The notes under the pieces: generated by a model | What the model was told of the DNA's origin: nothing | Database searches by the model: none | Seen by the model: only the letters and a program-made list of their open reading frames with translations | Origin: a virus | Taxonomy: Duplodnaviria; Heunggongvirae; Uroviricota; Caudoviricetes | IMG/VR virus record: IMGVR_UViG_2778261058_000020 | DNA length: 28,767 nucleotides | Reading direction: 5' to 3' (one strand) | Part shown: piece by piece, positions 1 to 8,234 of the stretch | How the letters are laid out: every line of letters begins with the position of its first letter | Numbering within the stretch: position 1 is the first letter of the stretch | Position numbers and translations under genes: made by a program

Positions 1-1998
1 ATGTTAACCCATTGGGTAACAGCGCAAGAATGCGTAGGAATGTCATGCTTTCCTAAACATGAGGTGAGTATTCGCCGCAATCTTGAAAAGCTTGCAGCCA
101 ATCATCCAGAACTACGTCGCAAGCGTACGGGTTCAAAGGCTTTGGAATTTCATATATCAGTTCTGCCAGCGGCAGCACGTGCTGAGTTGTTATTAAAATC
201 TGAGCAAATAGAAACAAGCCAGGGGTATTTTGAAATCGCCCGCCCCACGCTGGAAGCCCATGATTATGATCGTGAGGTGCTGTGGAGCAAATGGGATAAA
301 GCCAGCGATTCTCAGCGCAGACTTGCTGAAAAATGGTTGCCTGCGGTTCAGGCTGCAGACGAAATGCTGAACCAGGGGATTTCAACGAAAACGGCTTTTG
401 CGACCGTTGCAGGGCATTACCAGGTCAGCGCATCCACTTTGCGGGACAAGTATTACCAGGTACAGAAGTTTGCGAAGCCTGACTGGGCGGCTGCACTTGT
501 TGATGGACGTGGTGCATCCCGTCGCAATGTTCACAAAAGTGAATTTGACGAGGATGCCTGGCAGTTTCTGATTGCAGATTTTCTGCGACCGGAAAAACCC
601 GCCTTCCGCAAATGTTATGAGCGTCTGGAACTGGCAGCCCGCGAGCATGGCTGGAGTATTCCCTCCCGTGCCACGGCCTTTCGCCGGATTCAGCAACTGG
701 ACGAGGCAATGGTTGTTGCCTGCCGTGAAGGTGAACATGCACTGATGCATCTGATACCGGCACAACAACGAACTGTGGAACACCTGGACGCCATGCAGTG
801 GATCAACGGCGACGGTTATCTGCATAACGTCTTTGTACGCTGGTTTAACGGTGATGTGATCCGCCCGAAAACATGGTTCTGGCAGGATGTGAAAACCCGA
901 AAAATTCTGGGCTGGCGCTGCGATGTGAGCGAGAACATTGATTCAATTCGCCTCTCGTTCATGGATGTTGTGACTCGCTACGGTATCCCGGAGGATTTTC
1001 ACATCACCATTGATAACACCCGTGGTGCTGCGAATAAATGGCTGACGGGAGGCGCGCCCAATCGCTACCGCTTTAAGGTAAAAGAGGACGATCCAAAAGG
1101 ACTGTTTTTACTGATGGGTGCGAAAATGCACTGGACAAGCGTTGTTGCCGGTAAAGGCTGGGGCCAGGCAAAACCTGTTGAACGTGCTTTCGGTGTTGGT
1201 GGGCTTGAGGAATACGTTGATAAGCATCCGGCACTGGCTGGCGCATATACGGGGCCTAATCCGCAGGCAAAACCTGATAACTATGGCGACCGCGCTGTTG
1301 ATGCAGAGCTGTTTCTGAAAACCCTTGCTGAAGGTGTTGCGATGTTTAATGCCAGAACAGGCCGTGAAACAGAAATGTGCAGGGGTAAACTCTCGTTTGA
1401 TGATGTTTTCGAGCGTGAATACGCCAGAACGATTGTGCGTAAGCCTACCGAAGAGCAAAAACGGATGCTGTTACTGCCTGCCGAGGCGGTGAACGTTTCA
1501 CGCAAAGGCGAGTTTACGCTTAAAGTTGGCGGCTCCCTTAAAGGCGCGAAAAACGTTTATTACAACATGGCGTTAATGAATGCCGGTGTGAAAAAAGTTG
1601 TGGTCAGATTTGATCCGCAGCAGCTACACAGCACGGTTTATTGCTACACCCTGGACGGTCGATTTATCTGTGAAGCGGAATGTCTGGCACCTGTTGCGTT
1701 TAATGATGCTGCGGCAGGCCGTGAATATCGCCGCCGCCAGAAACAACTGAAATCTGCAACTAAAGCAGCCATTAAGGCGCAGAAACAAATGGACGCGCTG
1801 GAAGTTGCTGAACTGCTGCCGCAGATAGCCGAACCGGCAGCACCAGAATCAAGAGTTGTTGGTATTTTCCGGCCTTCCGGTAACACGGTGCAGGTGAAAT
1901 ACCAGGAACCCGATGAGGAATATGAAACTGATCGTGATGAATATCTGAATCATTCGCTGGATATTCTGGAACAGAACAGACGTAAAAAAGCCATTTAA
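1..1998 (+). CDS. A: DDE transposase MuA (665 aa ORF; may be 5'-partial because it begins at window nt 1)
   Basis: Track ORF 1..1998; residues from about 75 onward ([16 protein letters not shown] ... [15 protein letters not shown]) match Mu transposase A as I recall it; first ~70 aa look divergent. Confidence 0.9.
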
Positions 1999-2036
1999 TT
2001 AACGTTTAAACAAAATTTAATTACGAGGTTATTCAG

Positions 2037-2975
2037 ATGAATATTTCCGATATTCGCGCAGGACTGCGCACGCTTGTAGAAAGTGAAAAAACAACTTATG
2101 CACAAATTGCCCGCGAGTCCGGCGTGGCCGCAGGAACGTTAAGCGCATTCGTGAATAACAAGTACAACGGCGACAATGACCGTGTCGCGCAGACGCTGGA
2201 ACGCTGGCTGGAGAACTATCACCGCGCCGCAGAGCTGCCAGAACCCCCGCGTTTTGTGGAAACCAGAACAGCACGCCAAATCTGGACGAGTATGCGTTTT
2301 GCCAGTCTGACTGAAAGTATTTCTGTTATCTGCGGTAATCCAGGTGTGGGAAAAACTGAAGCGGCCCGCGAATTTCGGCGCACCAATAACAATGTCTGGA
2401 TGATCACCATTACCCCATCCTGTGCCAGTGTTCTGGAATGCCTGACTGAACTGGCTTATGAACTGGGAATGAATGACGCACCGCGCCGTAAGGGGCCACT
2501 CTCCCGCGCTTTGCGACGCCGCCTTGAAGGTACGCAGGGGCTGGTCATTATCGACGAAGCTGATCATCTTGGCGCTGAGGTTCTGGAAGAACTCCGCCTG
2601 TTACAGGAATCCGCCCGTATTGGTCTTGTTCTGATGGGGAATCACCGTGTTTATTCAAACATGACCGGTGGTAACAGAACGGTTGAATTTGCCCGCCTGT
2701 TTTCCCGTATTGCAAAGCGGACGGCAATTAATAAAACCAAAATTGATGATGTAAAAGCCATTGCGGATGCCTGGCAAATTACCGGCGAAAACGAGCGGGA
2801 ATTATTACAGCAGATTGCACAAAAGCCAGGTGCGCTTCGCATCCTGAACCACTCGCTGCGCCTTGCTGCCATGACCGCCCACGGTAAAGGTGAACGTGTT
2901 AATGAAGATTATCTGCGTCAGGCTTTCCGTGAATTAGACCTGGACGTTGATATTTCAACCCTGCTGCGCACGTAA
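2037..2975 (+). CDS. B: Transposition ATPase / target DNA activator MuB (312 aa)
   Basis: Track ORF; GAGG-type RBS upstream of ATG; Walker A GNPGVGKT and Walker [10 protein letters not shown]; length and position immediately after A as in Mu. Confidence 0.9.
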   Translation: MNISDIRAGLRTLVESEKTTYAQIARESGVAAGTLSAFVNNKYNGDNDRVAQTLERWLENYHRAAELPEPPRFVETRTARQIWTSMRFASLTESISVICGNPGVGKTEAAREFRRTNNNVWMITITPSCASVLECLTELAYELGMNDAPRRKGPLSRALRRRLEGTQGLVIIDEADHLGAEVLEELRLLQESARIGLVLMGNHRVYSNMTGGNRTVEFARLFSRIAKRTAINKTKIDDVKAIADAWQITGENERELLQQIAQKPGALRILNHSLRLAAMTAHGKGERVNEDYLRQAFRELDLDVDISTLLRT

Positions 2976-2988
2976 GGAGAGCGAAATC

Positions 2989-3216
2989 ATGATGTCACGG
3001 AATATCAAAATGGCAACGGAAGTAAAGAGCTGGTTACAAGAGCGCGGCAGCCACGTCAACGAATCCTGGCTGGGCGTAGCCCGCCCGGTGCTTGAAATCA
3101 CCTGCCCACCACCGGAGCTTGTCAGGAATGCTGTCAGGATTATGGAGCATAAATCAGGGGTTGCCCGTTCAGTATGGACGGCCCGTCTTAATGGTTGTCA
3201 GATTATCTGGAGATGA
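2989..3216 (+). CDS. kil: Kil-like small early protein (about 75 aa); start chosen at internal ATG after GGAG, track ORF starts 2947
   Basis: Small ORF immediately downstream of B, as kil is in Mu; GGAG just after the B stop codon precedes ATGATG at 2989. Confidence 0.5.
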   Translation: MMSRNIKMATEVKSWLQERGSHVNESWLGVARPVLEITCPPPELVRNAVRIMEHKSGVARSVWTARLNGCQIIWR

Positions 3217-3219
3217 AAG

Positions 3220-3501
3220 ATGAAAAAAATTACGGCTTATGTCTGGGCCAGTGGCCTGATTGAATTTGGCGATAAGGTTCCTGATGGTGCCTTACCAGTC
3301 ATCAGCGGCGAAGAAAAAGCGGTAAAAGATGCAATTGAAGTACTCGCGCGACATTCCCGAACATCTCCGGTGCAATTGCTGGTTCCTGGTATCCCGGAAG
3401 CGCCAAATCAGAGACTGGCACAAAAGGCATTAATTAAGTTTTGTCGTGATGTCAGATTCAGGGTTACACGTCCACGTAAGGCAGGCGTAAGACATAAATA
3501 A
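3220..3501 (+). CDS. Hypothetical early protein (93 aa), basic C-terminus
   Basis: Track ORF; GGAG upstream of ATG; starts 4 nt after the kil stop codon. Confidence 0.55.
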   Translation: MKKITAYVWASGLIEFGDKVPDGALPVISGEEKAVKDAIEVLARHSRTSPVQLLVPGIPEAPNQRLAQKALIKFCRDVRFRVTRPRKAGVRHK

Positions 3502-3542
3502 ATCCTGCGATATGACAAATGATATTAGAAAGGAGAAACAAA

Positions 3543-3812
3543 ATGGCAAAAGTAATCTTTGAATTTAACCGCATGGAAGATGTTGAGTTTCAAAAAAAAG
3601 GAGGTTTCTTTGTAGGGATGAGTGTGCAACTGGAAGAACAGTCACCTGATGCACAAATAGGACCGCATGACGTGATGGCAGGCATTATCAAGAGCATGGC
3701 TCCTGAAATTATTGAAAAAGCAACCCAGGAGTTGTTGAAGTCAGCCAGAGAACTTGGGCTGGAAGCCGAAGGCGAGTTATTCCGGTATAACCCGGATGCA
3801 GCCAAACATTAA
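3543..3812 (+). CDS. Hypothetical small acidic early protein (about 90 aa)
   Basis: AGGAG a few nt upstream of ATG 3543 (track ORF starts at 3519); many Glu/Asp residues by eye. Confidence 0.55.
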   Translation: MAKVIFEFNRMEDVEFQKKGGFFVGMSVQLEEQSPDAQIGPHDVMAGIIKSMAPEIIEKATQELLKSARELGLEAEGELFRYNPDAAKH

Positions 3813-3828
3813 TTTCAGGGAAGGAGGC

Positions 3829-4119
3829 ATGATGATAATCCCTCGCAAAAGATGGTCACGCGAAGACCGGGAATTTATCGAAGCCAACGTCGGAAAAATG
3901 ACCGTCGAGGAAATGGCGAAAAAACTGAACGTTGCCCCAACCGCCCTACAGGCACATGCCAGAAGGCACGGAATATCGTTGTGTGCATACCGGGTCAGTG
4001 AGCACGACAAATATTTGTGTCGTGAACTTTATAAAGAAGGGCTGGCTATTCATGTCATTGCCCAAAAGATGGAATTAAGCAATCGTGCTGTATCCAGCAT
4101 TGTATACAGCGAATATTAA
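3829..4119 (+). CDS. Hypothetical DNA-binding protein with two helix-turn-helix-like segments (about 97 aa)
   Basis: GGAGG upstream of ATGATG at 3829 (track ORF 3754..4119); segments MTVEEMAKKLNVAPTALQAHARRHG and LAIHVIAQKMELSNRAVSSIV resemble HTH motifs. Confidence 0.5.
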   Translation: MMIIPRKRWSREDREFIEANVGKMTVEEMAKKLNVAPTALQAHARRHGISLCAYRVSEHDKYLCRELYKEGLAIHVIAQKMELSNRAVSSIVYSEY

Positions 4120-4139
4120 TTAACAGGAGCTTTATTTAT

Positions 4140-4664
4140 ATGGCTAAACCAGCAAAACGAATCAAGAACGCCGCAGCGGCTTATGTTCCGCAATCCCGCG
4201 ATGCCGTGGTATGTGATATCCGCCGGATTGGTGACCTGCAACGCGAAGCGGCACGACTTGAAACGGAAATGAATGACGCTATCGCTGAGATTACGGAGAA
4301 ATACGCCTCACAGATTGCACCTCTTAAAACCAGTATTGAAACCATTTCAAAAGGCGTTCAGGGATGGTGTGAAGCGAACCGCGACGAACTGACGAACGGT
4401 GGCAAGGTGAAGACGGCAAACCTGGTAACCGGCGATGTGTCATGGCGTCAGCGCCCGCCATCGGTAAGTATTCGCGGTGTGGATGCGGTGATGGAAACGC
4501 TGGAGCGTCTTGGCCTGCAACGCTTTATTCGCACGAAACAGGAAATCAACAAGGAAGCGATTTTACTGGAACCGAAAGCGGTCGCAGGTGTTGCCGGAAT
4601 TACAGTTAAATCGGGCATTGAAGATTTTTCTATTATTCCGTTTGAACAGGAAGCCGGTATTTAA
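4140..4664 (+). CDS. gam: Host-nuclease inhibitor Gam (Ku-like, RecBCD inhibitor), 174 aa
   Basis: Track ORF; AGGAG RBS; sequence MAKPAKRIKNAAAAYVPQSRDAV ... IEDFSIIPFEQEAGI matches Mu Gam as I recall it, same length. Confidence 0.85.
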   Translation: MAKPAKRIKNAAAAYVPQSRDAVVCDIRRIGDLQREAARLETEMNDAIAEITEKYASQIAPLKTSIETISKGVQGWCEANRDELTNGGKVKTANLVTGDVSWRQRPPSVSIRGVDAVMETLERLGLQRFIRTKQEINKEAILLEPKAVAGVAGITVKSGIEDFSIIPFEQEAGI

Positions 4665-4704
4665 TACCACCACGAATATTTAATTAATTCACTTTCTTTT
4701 AATT

Positions 4705-4989
4705 ATGGCGCGATGCGTCAGGGGATTGCTCGCGCCTGAATCTGAAATGGTGATGTTTATGACCACAAAGAGTGAACGACAAAAAACAGAAATAACAGCA
4801 GCAACGCTGATTAAAGACAGCGCCGAATGTCTGGCATCAGTACCTGCATTGATTCAACAGGCGAATGCAAAAAATCTCCGTCGCGCAGCTTCGTTTATTC
4901 GTGCAGGCATTACCCGCCAGATGATGATTGCGCAGCTGTGTATGCGCGAAGCACAGCGTCTGGAACAGATGGAGACGAGCGGTGATTAA
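4705..4989 (+). CDS. Hypothetical small protein; true start uncertain (ATG 4705, 4747 or 4759)
   Basis: Track ORF; several in-frame ATGs; GGTGA-like RBS precedes the ATG at 4759. Confidence 0.4.
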   Translation: MARCVRGLLAPESEMVMFMTTKSERQKTEITAATLIKDSAECLASVPALIQQANAKNLRRAASFIRAGITRQMMIAQLCMREAQRLEQMETSGD

Positions 4990-5179
4990 GTCAATTGGCT
5001 TTGTCCTGCTGGTTGGCACCTGCGGGAATGATGCCTGTGATGCTATCCCGGTAACAGAAAAAATCTGGCCCACAGAGCAGGCATGTATGCAGGTGATGGA
5101 GCGCATACAAAAACGTTATCCCAATGAAATCTTTTATTGCGAGGAGGTATTAAGAAATGAAAATACAGATGATTACTGA
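4982..5179 (+). CDS. Small Cys-containing protein with N-terminal hydrophobic segment, possible secreted or lipoprotein (about 65 aa, GTG start proposed)
   Basis: Track ORF 4928..5179 (TTG start); GTG at 4982 gives a GTGATTAA-type overlap with the upstream stop; N-terminus IKSIGFVLLVGTCG is hydrophobic; 4 Cys. Confidence 0.35.
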   Translation: MIKSIGFVLLVGTCGNDACDAIPVTEKIWPTEQACMQVMERIQKRYPNEIFYCEEVLRNENTDDY

Positions 5180-5492
5180 TGCTGATTTAATGGCTGCAAC
5201 CTTAATTTCCAGTGGCATGCCAGAACAAAAGGTAAATGATTTCCTGGATAATGTCGTATACCAGCACTATGAGCAGGCCAGAGAAAATTTAATTTCAGAA
5301 AAGCTCACGATGATTGCTGAATCATTAAGTCCTGCATGGATTATCGAAGAGTTGCGGGGAATCATTGCCAGCCAGGATAAAGTGGCGGCAGTTGCCGCCC
5401 TCGATGTGCTACAGCGAATGAGTAAAGAGCTATTCAACACTGAATTAATTTTTAAATCCGGGGGACATAATGAGCCGCACATCCCTAATTAA
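5157..5492 (+). CDS. Hypothetical early protein (111 aa)
   Basis: Track ORF; strong GAGGAGG RBS upstream of ATG 5157; 3' end overlaps the gemA start. Confidence 0.5.
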   Translation: MKIQMITDADLMAATLISSGMPEQKVNDFLDNVVYQHYEQARENLISEKLTMIAESLSPAWIIEELRGIIASQDKVAAVAALDVLQRMSKELFNTELIFKSGGHNEPHIPN

Positions 5493-6021
5493 ATTAATTC
5501 ATGTTGCCCGTCGGGAGTTGCAACTCGACGATGACACTTACCGAGCTTTTCTGGTGCAGTGCACGGGCAAAACCAGTTGCCGCGAGCTGTCTGTTGCACA
5601 ACTGGAACAAGTGCTCGATGCCATGAAAGAGCGCGGTTTTAAAAAGCAGAAAAAACATCCCCGCCGTCGCTTTAAGGGGCATGTCACACCGCGCGAGAAG
5701 ATTTATAAAATCTGGCAGCAGATGTTTCTTGATGGTTTCGTCTCCGATATCAGCGACGCCGCGCTGGACAAATACGTTGAACGTCTGACGGCCAGACGTA
5801 ATGGTGGTCAGGGTGTTTCCACGCTGGCCTGGTGTCATGGGGAATCGTTGCAGGTTGTGCTCGAAACGCTCAAGCAGTGGCATATGCGCTGCATTCGGGA
5901 AGCCTTTGCCCGACATGGCGTGCCTTTACCTGTGAGCGAAACCGGGCGGGAACTGCGCGGATATGATGCACTGACCAGTGCGTATGCCCGCGCCAGAAAC
6001 AGCGGGAGAATAGTTCTATGA
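5470..6021 (+). CDS. gemA: GemA-like protein (Mu gp16 family), 183 aa
   Basis: Track ORF; size and position directly upstream of mor with ATGA start/stop overlap; sequence resembles Mu GemA as recalled. Confidence 0.7.
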   Translation: MSRTSLIKLIHVARRELQLDDDTYRAFLVQCTGKTSCRELSVAQLEQVLDAMKERGFKKQKKHPRRRFKGHVTPREKIYKIWQQMFLDGFVSDISDAALDKYVERLTARRNGGQGVSTLAWCHGESLQVVLETLKQWHMRCIREAFARHGVPLPVSETGRELRGYDALTSAYARARNSGRIVL

Positions 6022-6419
6022 AAGAGCAGGATTTATTTGGTGATTATCAGGACGACAGTATCCTTGAATATTTTGATGATGTTCAGGAAAAATCGGGATT
6101 TCCATCTTTACTGGCTGAGCTGAATGCTCTGTTGCGACAAGAGCTGATAAGGCTTGGAGTTAACCCTGCCCACTCCCTTGAGCTGGTAGTGGCGATTTGC
6201 AATCATATCGGTGGGATTCAGGTATATGTTCCGAAAGGGAAAATACTGGAAAATCTTATCAGAGACATGCGCATCTGGCGTGATTTTGATGGGAAAAACG
6301 TAGCGGAGCTGGTGCAGCGTTACAAAGTGACATACAAAACGGTATATCAGGCCATCAAAAGAATGCGCCGACTGGAGCGTGGAAAGTATCAAATGCAACT
6401 ATTTAAGGACGAACAATGA
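6018..6419 (+). CDS. mor: Mor/C-family transcription activator (middle operon regulator-like), 133 aa
   Basis: Track ORF; C-terminal GGIQVYVPKG linker followed by an HTH (VAELVQRYKVTYKTVYQAIKRMRR) typical of the Mor/C family; follows gemA as in Mu. Confidence 0.8.
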   Translation: MKEQDLFGDYQDDSILEYFDDVQEKSGFPSLLAELNALLRQELIRLGVNPAHSLELVVAICNHIGGIQVYVPKGKILENLIRDMRIWRDFDGKNVAELVQRYKVTYKTVYQAIKRMRRLERGKYQMQLFKDEQ

Positions 6420-6913
6420 AATATCTTCCCCTTATTCTTTTACTAACTGTTACTACTGTACAAGCGGCGGATACATTCCAGCAAAAAGTCAAAGATGTTT
6501 TTCAGAAAAAAACATCCGTTGACTATACCGACTGGTACGGTAAAGGTGACGCTGCCATTGCTGAGTTTAAAGGATTTAACTTAGGTGTATATCAGGATTT
6601 AAAGACGTCTGTGCGAGATAACGAAATCAACATAAAAATGCAGTATGTTACAGGACCGGTTCGCCCCGATAGCGACGAGTTCGCTCAAATGACGTCTGCT
6701 TTATGTGAAACTGTTTTTGAGCCTTTTGTTGTCCCTGATTATGTTCGCCCGACATCATGGGACGATGATACCCCAGCCCCGCTGAATTTCATGCAAGTTA
6801 AAAATTTAAAGCAAGCTGAAGATGATCCTGTCGAAAAAACAGTAAATGGCTGGAAGATAAAAATTGATCGTTCAGTAATGAAGACTACGTGTTCTGCCCG
6901 TAAAGTTAACTGA
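6416..6913 (+). CDS. Secreted (periplasmic) protein of unknown function with cleavable signal peptide, 165 aa
   Basis: Track ORF; N-terminus MKYLPLILLLTVTTVQA followed by ADT (AXA-type cleavage site); ATGA overlap with the mor stop; coding sequence looks AT-richer than its neighbours. Confidence 0.6.
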   Translation: MKYLPLILLLTVTTVQAADTFQQKVKDVFQKKTSVDYTDWYGKGDAAIAEFKGFNLGVYQDLKTSVRDNEINIKMQYVTGPVRPDSDEFAQMTSALCETVFEPFVVPDYVRPTSWDDDTPAPLNFMQVKNLKQAEDDPVEKTVNGWKIKIDRSVMKTTCSARKVN

Positions 6914-6935
6914 ACCAATAACCTTATATTCAATG

Positions 6936-6959
6936 AAGCCGGTAAATCCGGCTTTTTTT
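6936..6959 (+). terminator. Rho-independent terminator-like hairpin (AAGCCGG-TAAAT-CCGGCTT plus T7)
   Basis: Perfect 7-bp stem, 5-nt loop, run of seven T; sits 23 nt after the stop codon of ORF 6416..6913. Confidence 0.7.
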
Positions 6960-7014
6960 ATGCCTCCGGCACCATGAAGCAGACCACGTTTAAATCTGCT
7001 TCACAGGTGCTTTT

Positions 7015-7611
7015 ATGGAAAATCTAAAATTCTCCCCGGCCTTTGAGCATGCGCTGAATTTTATTCTGCGTCCTGATATCGAAGGCGGCTATGTCAATGA
7101 CCCCACTGACAGTGGCGGCGAAACCAAATACGGCATTTCTGACCGCCGCGACGGTGTGATTGACGGCAAAACCGATGTCAACGGCGACGGCAAACCGGAT
7201 ACCCGCATTAAGGATTTAACCCGCGAACAGGTTGCGCAGATTTACTGGCGCGATTACTGGCTACCTGCCGGATGTGACCAGTGGCCTGATGGCGTGGCGA
7301 TGTTTGTGTTCGATGCGGCGGTTCAGCATGGCGTTAAAAAAGCCATCAGGATTTTGCAGGAAGCCGCTGATGTGGATGCTGACGGCATCATCGGCCCACG
7401 TACCCGTAAGGCCGTGAGCCTGTCCACACCGGATTGGTTGCTGGCCCGCTGCATTGTCCGTCGTTCCTGCTTTTATGCCGACATCATCAAGTCAAAACCC
7501 GCCCAGGGCAAATACCTGAACGGCTGGTTTAACCGCATGGAAAAACTGACCGACGCCTGTCTGGAAATCATCGATACCCCTTTGGGCATCATGTCCGCCA
7601 CGCGGGGGTGA
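7015..7611 (+). CDS. lys: Endolysin, GH108-type N-terminal domain plus PG_binding_3-like C-terminal domain (198 aa), no N-terminal TM/SAR segment
   Basis: Track ORF; motifs EGGYVNDPTDSGGETKYGIS and RDYWLPAGCDQWPDGVAMFVFDAAVQHG ... DGIIGPRTRKAV typical of GH108/PG-binding-3 lysins; position equals Mu lys. Confidence 0.75.
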   Translation: MENLKFSPAFEHALNFILRPDIEGGYVNDPTDSGGETKYGISDRRDGVIDGKTDVNGDGKPDTRIKDLTREQVAQIYWRDYWLPAGCDQWPDGVAMFVFDAAVQHGVKKAIRILQEAADVDADGIIGPRTRKAVSLSTPDWLLARCIVRRSCFYADIIKSKPAQGKYLNGWFNRMEKLTDACLEIIDTPLGIMSATRG

Positions 7612-7612
7612 T

Positions 7613-7840
7613 ATGGGCAAAGGCTGGGATGCCTCACTGAAAGCCGGGCGGCGTGACCGCCTGCGTCAGGAGGTTTTACACCGCATGGCCGGAGGTCCGC
7701 CCCCGAAACCGCTGGACTATACCGGCCATGACGGCACACACGCCAGCTACTACATGCGTGGCTGGAACTCCGTGGATACACGGGACATTTTCTGGCAGTG
7801 CCAGAAGTACAAGGAAAAACTCAATGCACAGAATGAATAG
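7613..7840 (+). CDS. Hypothetical small protein (75 aa), start 2 nt after endolysin stop
   Basis: Track ORF; tight coupling to lys; no recognisable domain. Confidence 0.4.
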   Translation: MGKGWDASLKAGRRDRLRQEVLHRMAGGPPPKPLDYTGHDGTHASYYMRGWNSVDTRDIFWQCQKYKEKLNAQNE

Positions 7841-8234
7841 TCTTTTTGTTCGCGTTATTTACTCCCGCTTTATGTTGTGCCAGTGGTCGTTTCTGGGACT
7901 GTCGGCAGTACTTTTTCTGGCGAGCTGTTTTGCCGGATGGCGGGCGTTTGCGGTCATGGTGCTGGCATACGGCGCGACACTCTGCCTGATTCACAGTTTC
8001 CAGCTGGGCAACGTACCTTATCGCCTGCAGCCCAAAAGGCGTTTCCGGGCCGCCTCCCTTCGAATTGTCGTGTGGTCATGGGTGGTCTGGGCCGTTGGTT
8101 TTTTCATGCTGACATTCGGCATTCTTTATCTGAAGGAGCCTTATCAGCTGGCGTTCTGGCTGGGCGGTATTTTTTGCGCGGCACTTTATAAACATCAGCG
8201 CCGTTTTCATAAGGGGGATTCATGGATCCGTTAA
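7824..8234 (+). CDS. Integral membrane protein, about 4 predicted TM helices (136 aa); lysis-cassette candidate
   Basis: AAGGA RBS upstream of ATG 7824 (track ORF 7653..8234 is the same frame extended); several long hydrophobic stretches. Confidence 0.5.
   Translation: MHRMNSLFVRVIYSRFMLCQWSFLGLSAVLFLASCFAGWRAFAVMVLAYGATLCLIHSFQLGNVPYRLQPKRRFRAASLRIVVWSWVVWAVGFFMLTFGILYLKEPYQLAFWLGGIFCAALYKHQRRFHKGDSWIR

Noticed and set aside
1993-2023. Recurrent ATTTAATTA motifs at early gene junctions (A-B gap 1993-2023, also near 4115, 4677 and 5489)
   Set aside because: Probably just TAA stop codons in AT-rich spacers and Leu/Ile/Lys codons in AT-rich early genes; not enough evidence for a specific site
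3519-3812. Longer track versions of several early ORFs (2947, 3519, 3754, 7653, 13694, 18534 starts)
   Set aside because: In-frame downstream start codons have better-placed Shine-Dalgarno sequences and avoid long overlaps with the upstream gene; the longer forms are kept only as alternatives
6416-6913. Considered calling this ORF the late activator C because of its position after mor
   Set aside because: The product has a clear N-terminal signal peptide and no Mor/C-type linker or HTH, so it is not a transcription factor
6934-6977. The two-copy 44-nt cassette as a miniature mobile element (MITE or IS remnant)
   Set aside because: Too short, no terminal inverted repeats beyond the hairpin itself, no target-site duplication; the position at operon boundaries fits a terminator/promoter role better
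7232-7417. Short + strand ORFs nested in alternative frames inside larger genes (for example 7232..7417, 9408..9725, 11256..11498, 22077..22319, 25299..25580)
   Set aside because: Fully embedded in confidently assigned genes, no RBS, compositionally atypical translations; the one exception kept is the tail chaperone frameshift extension
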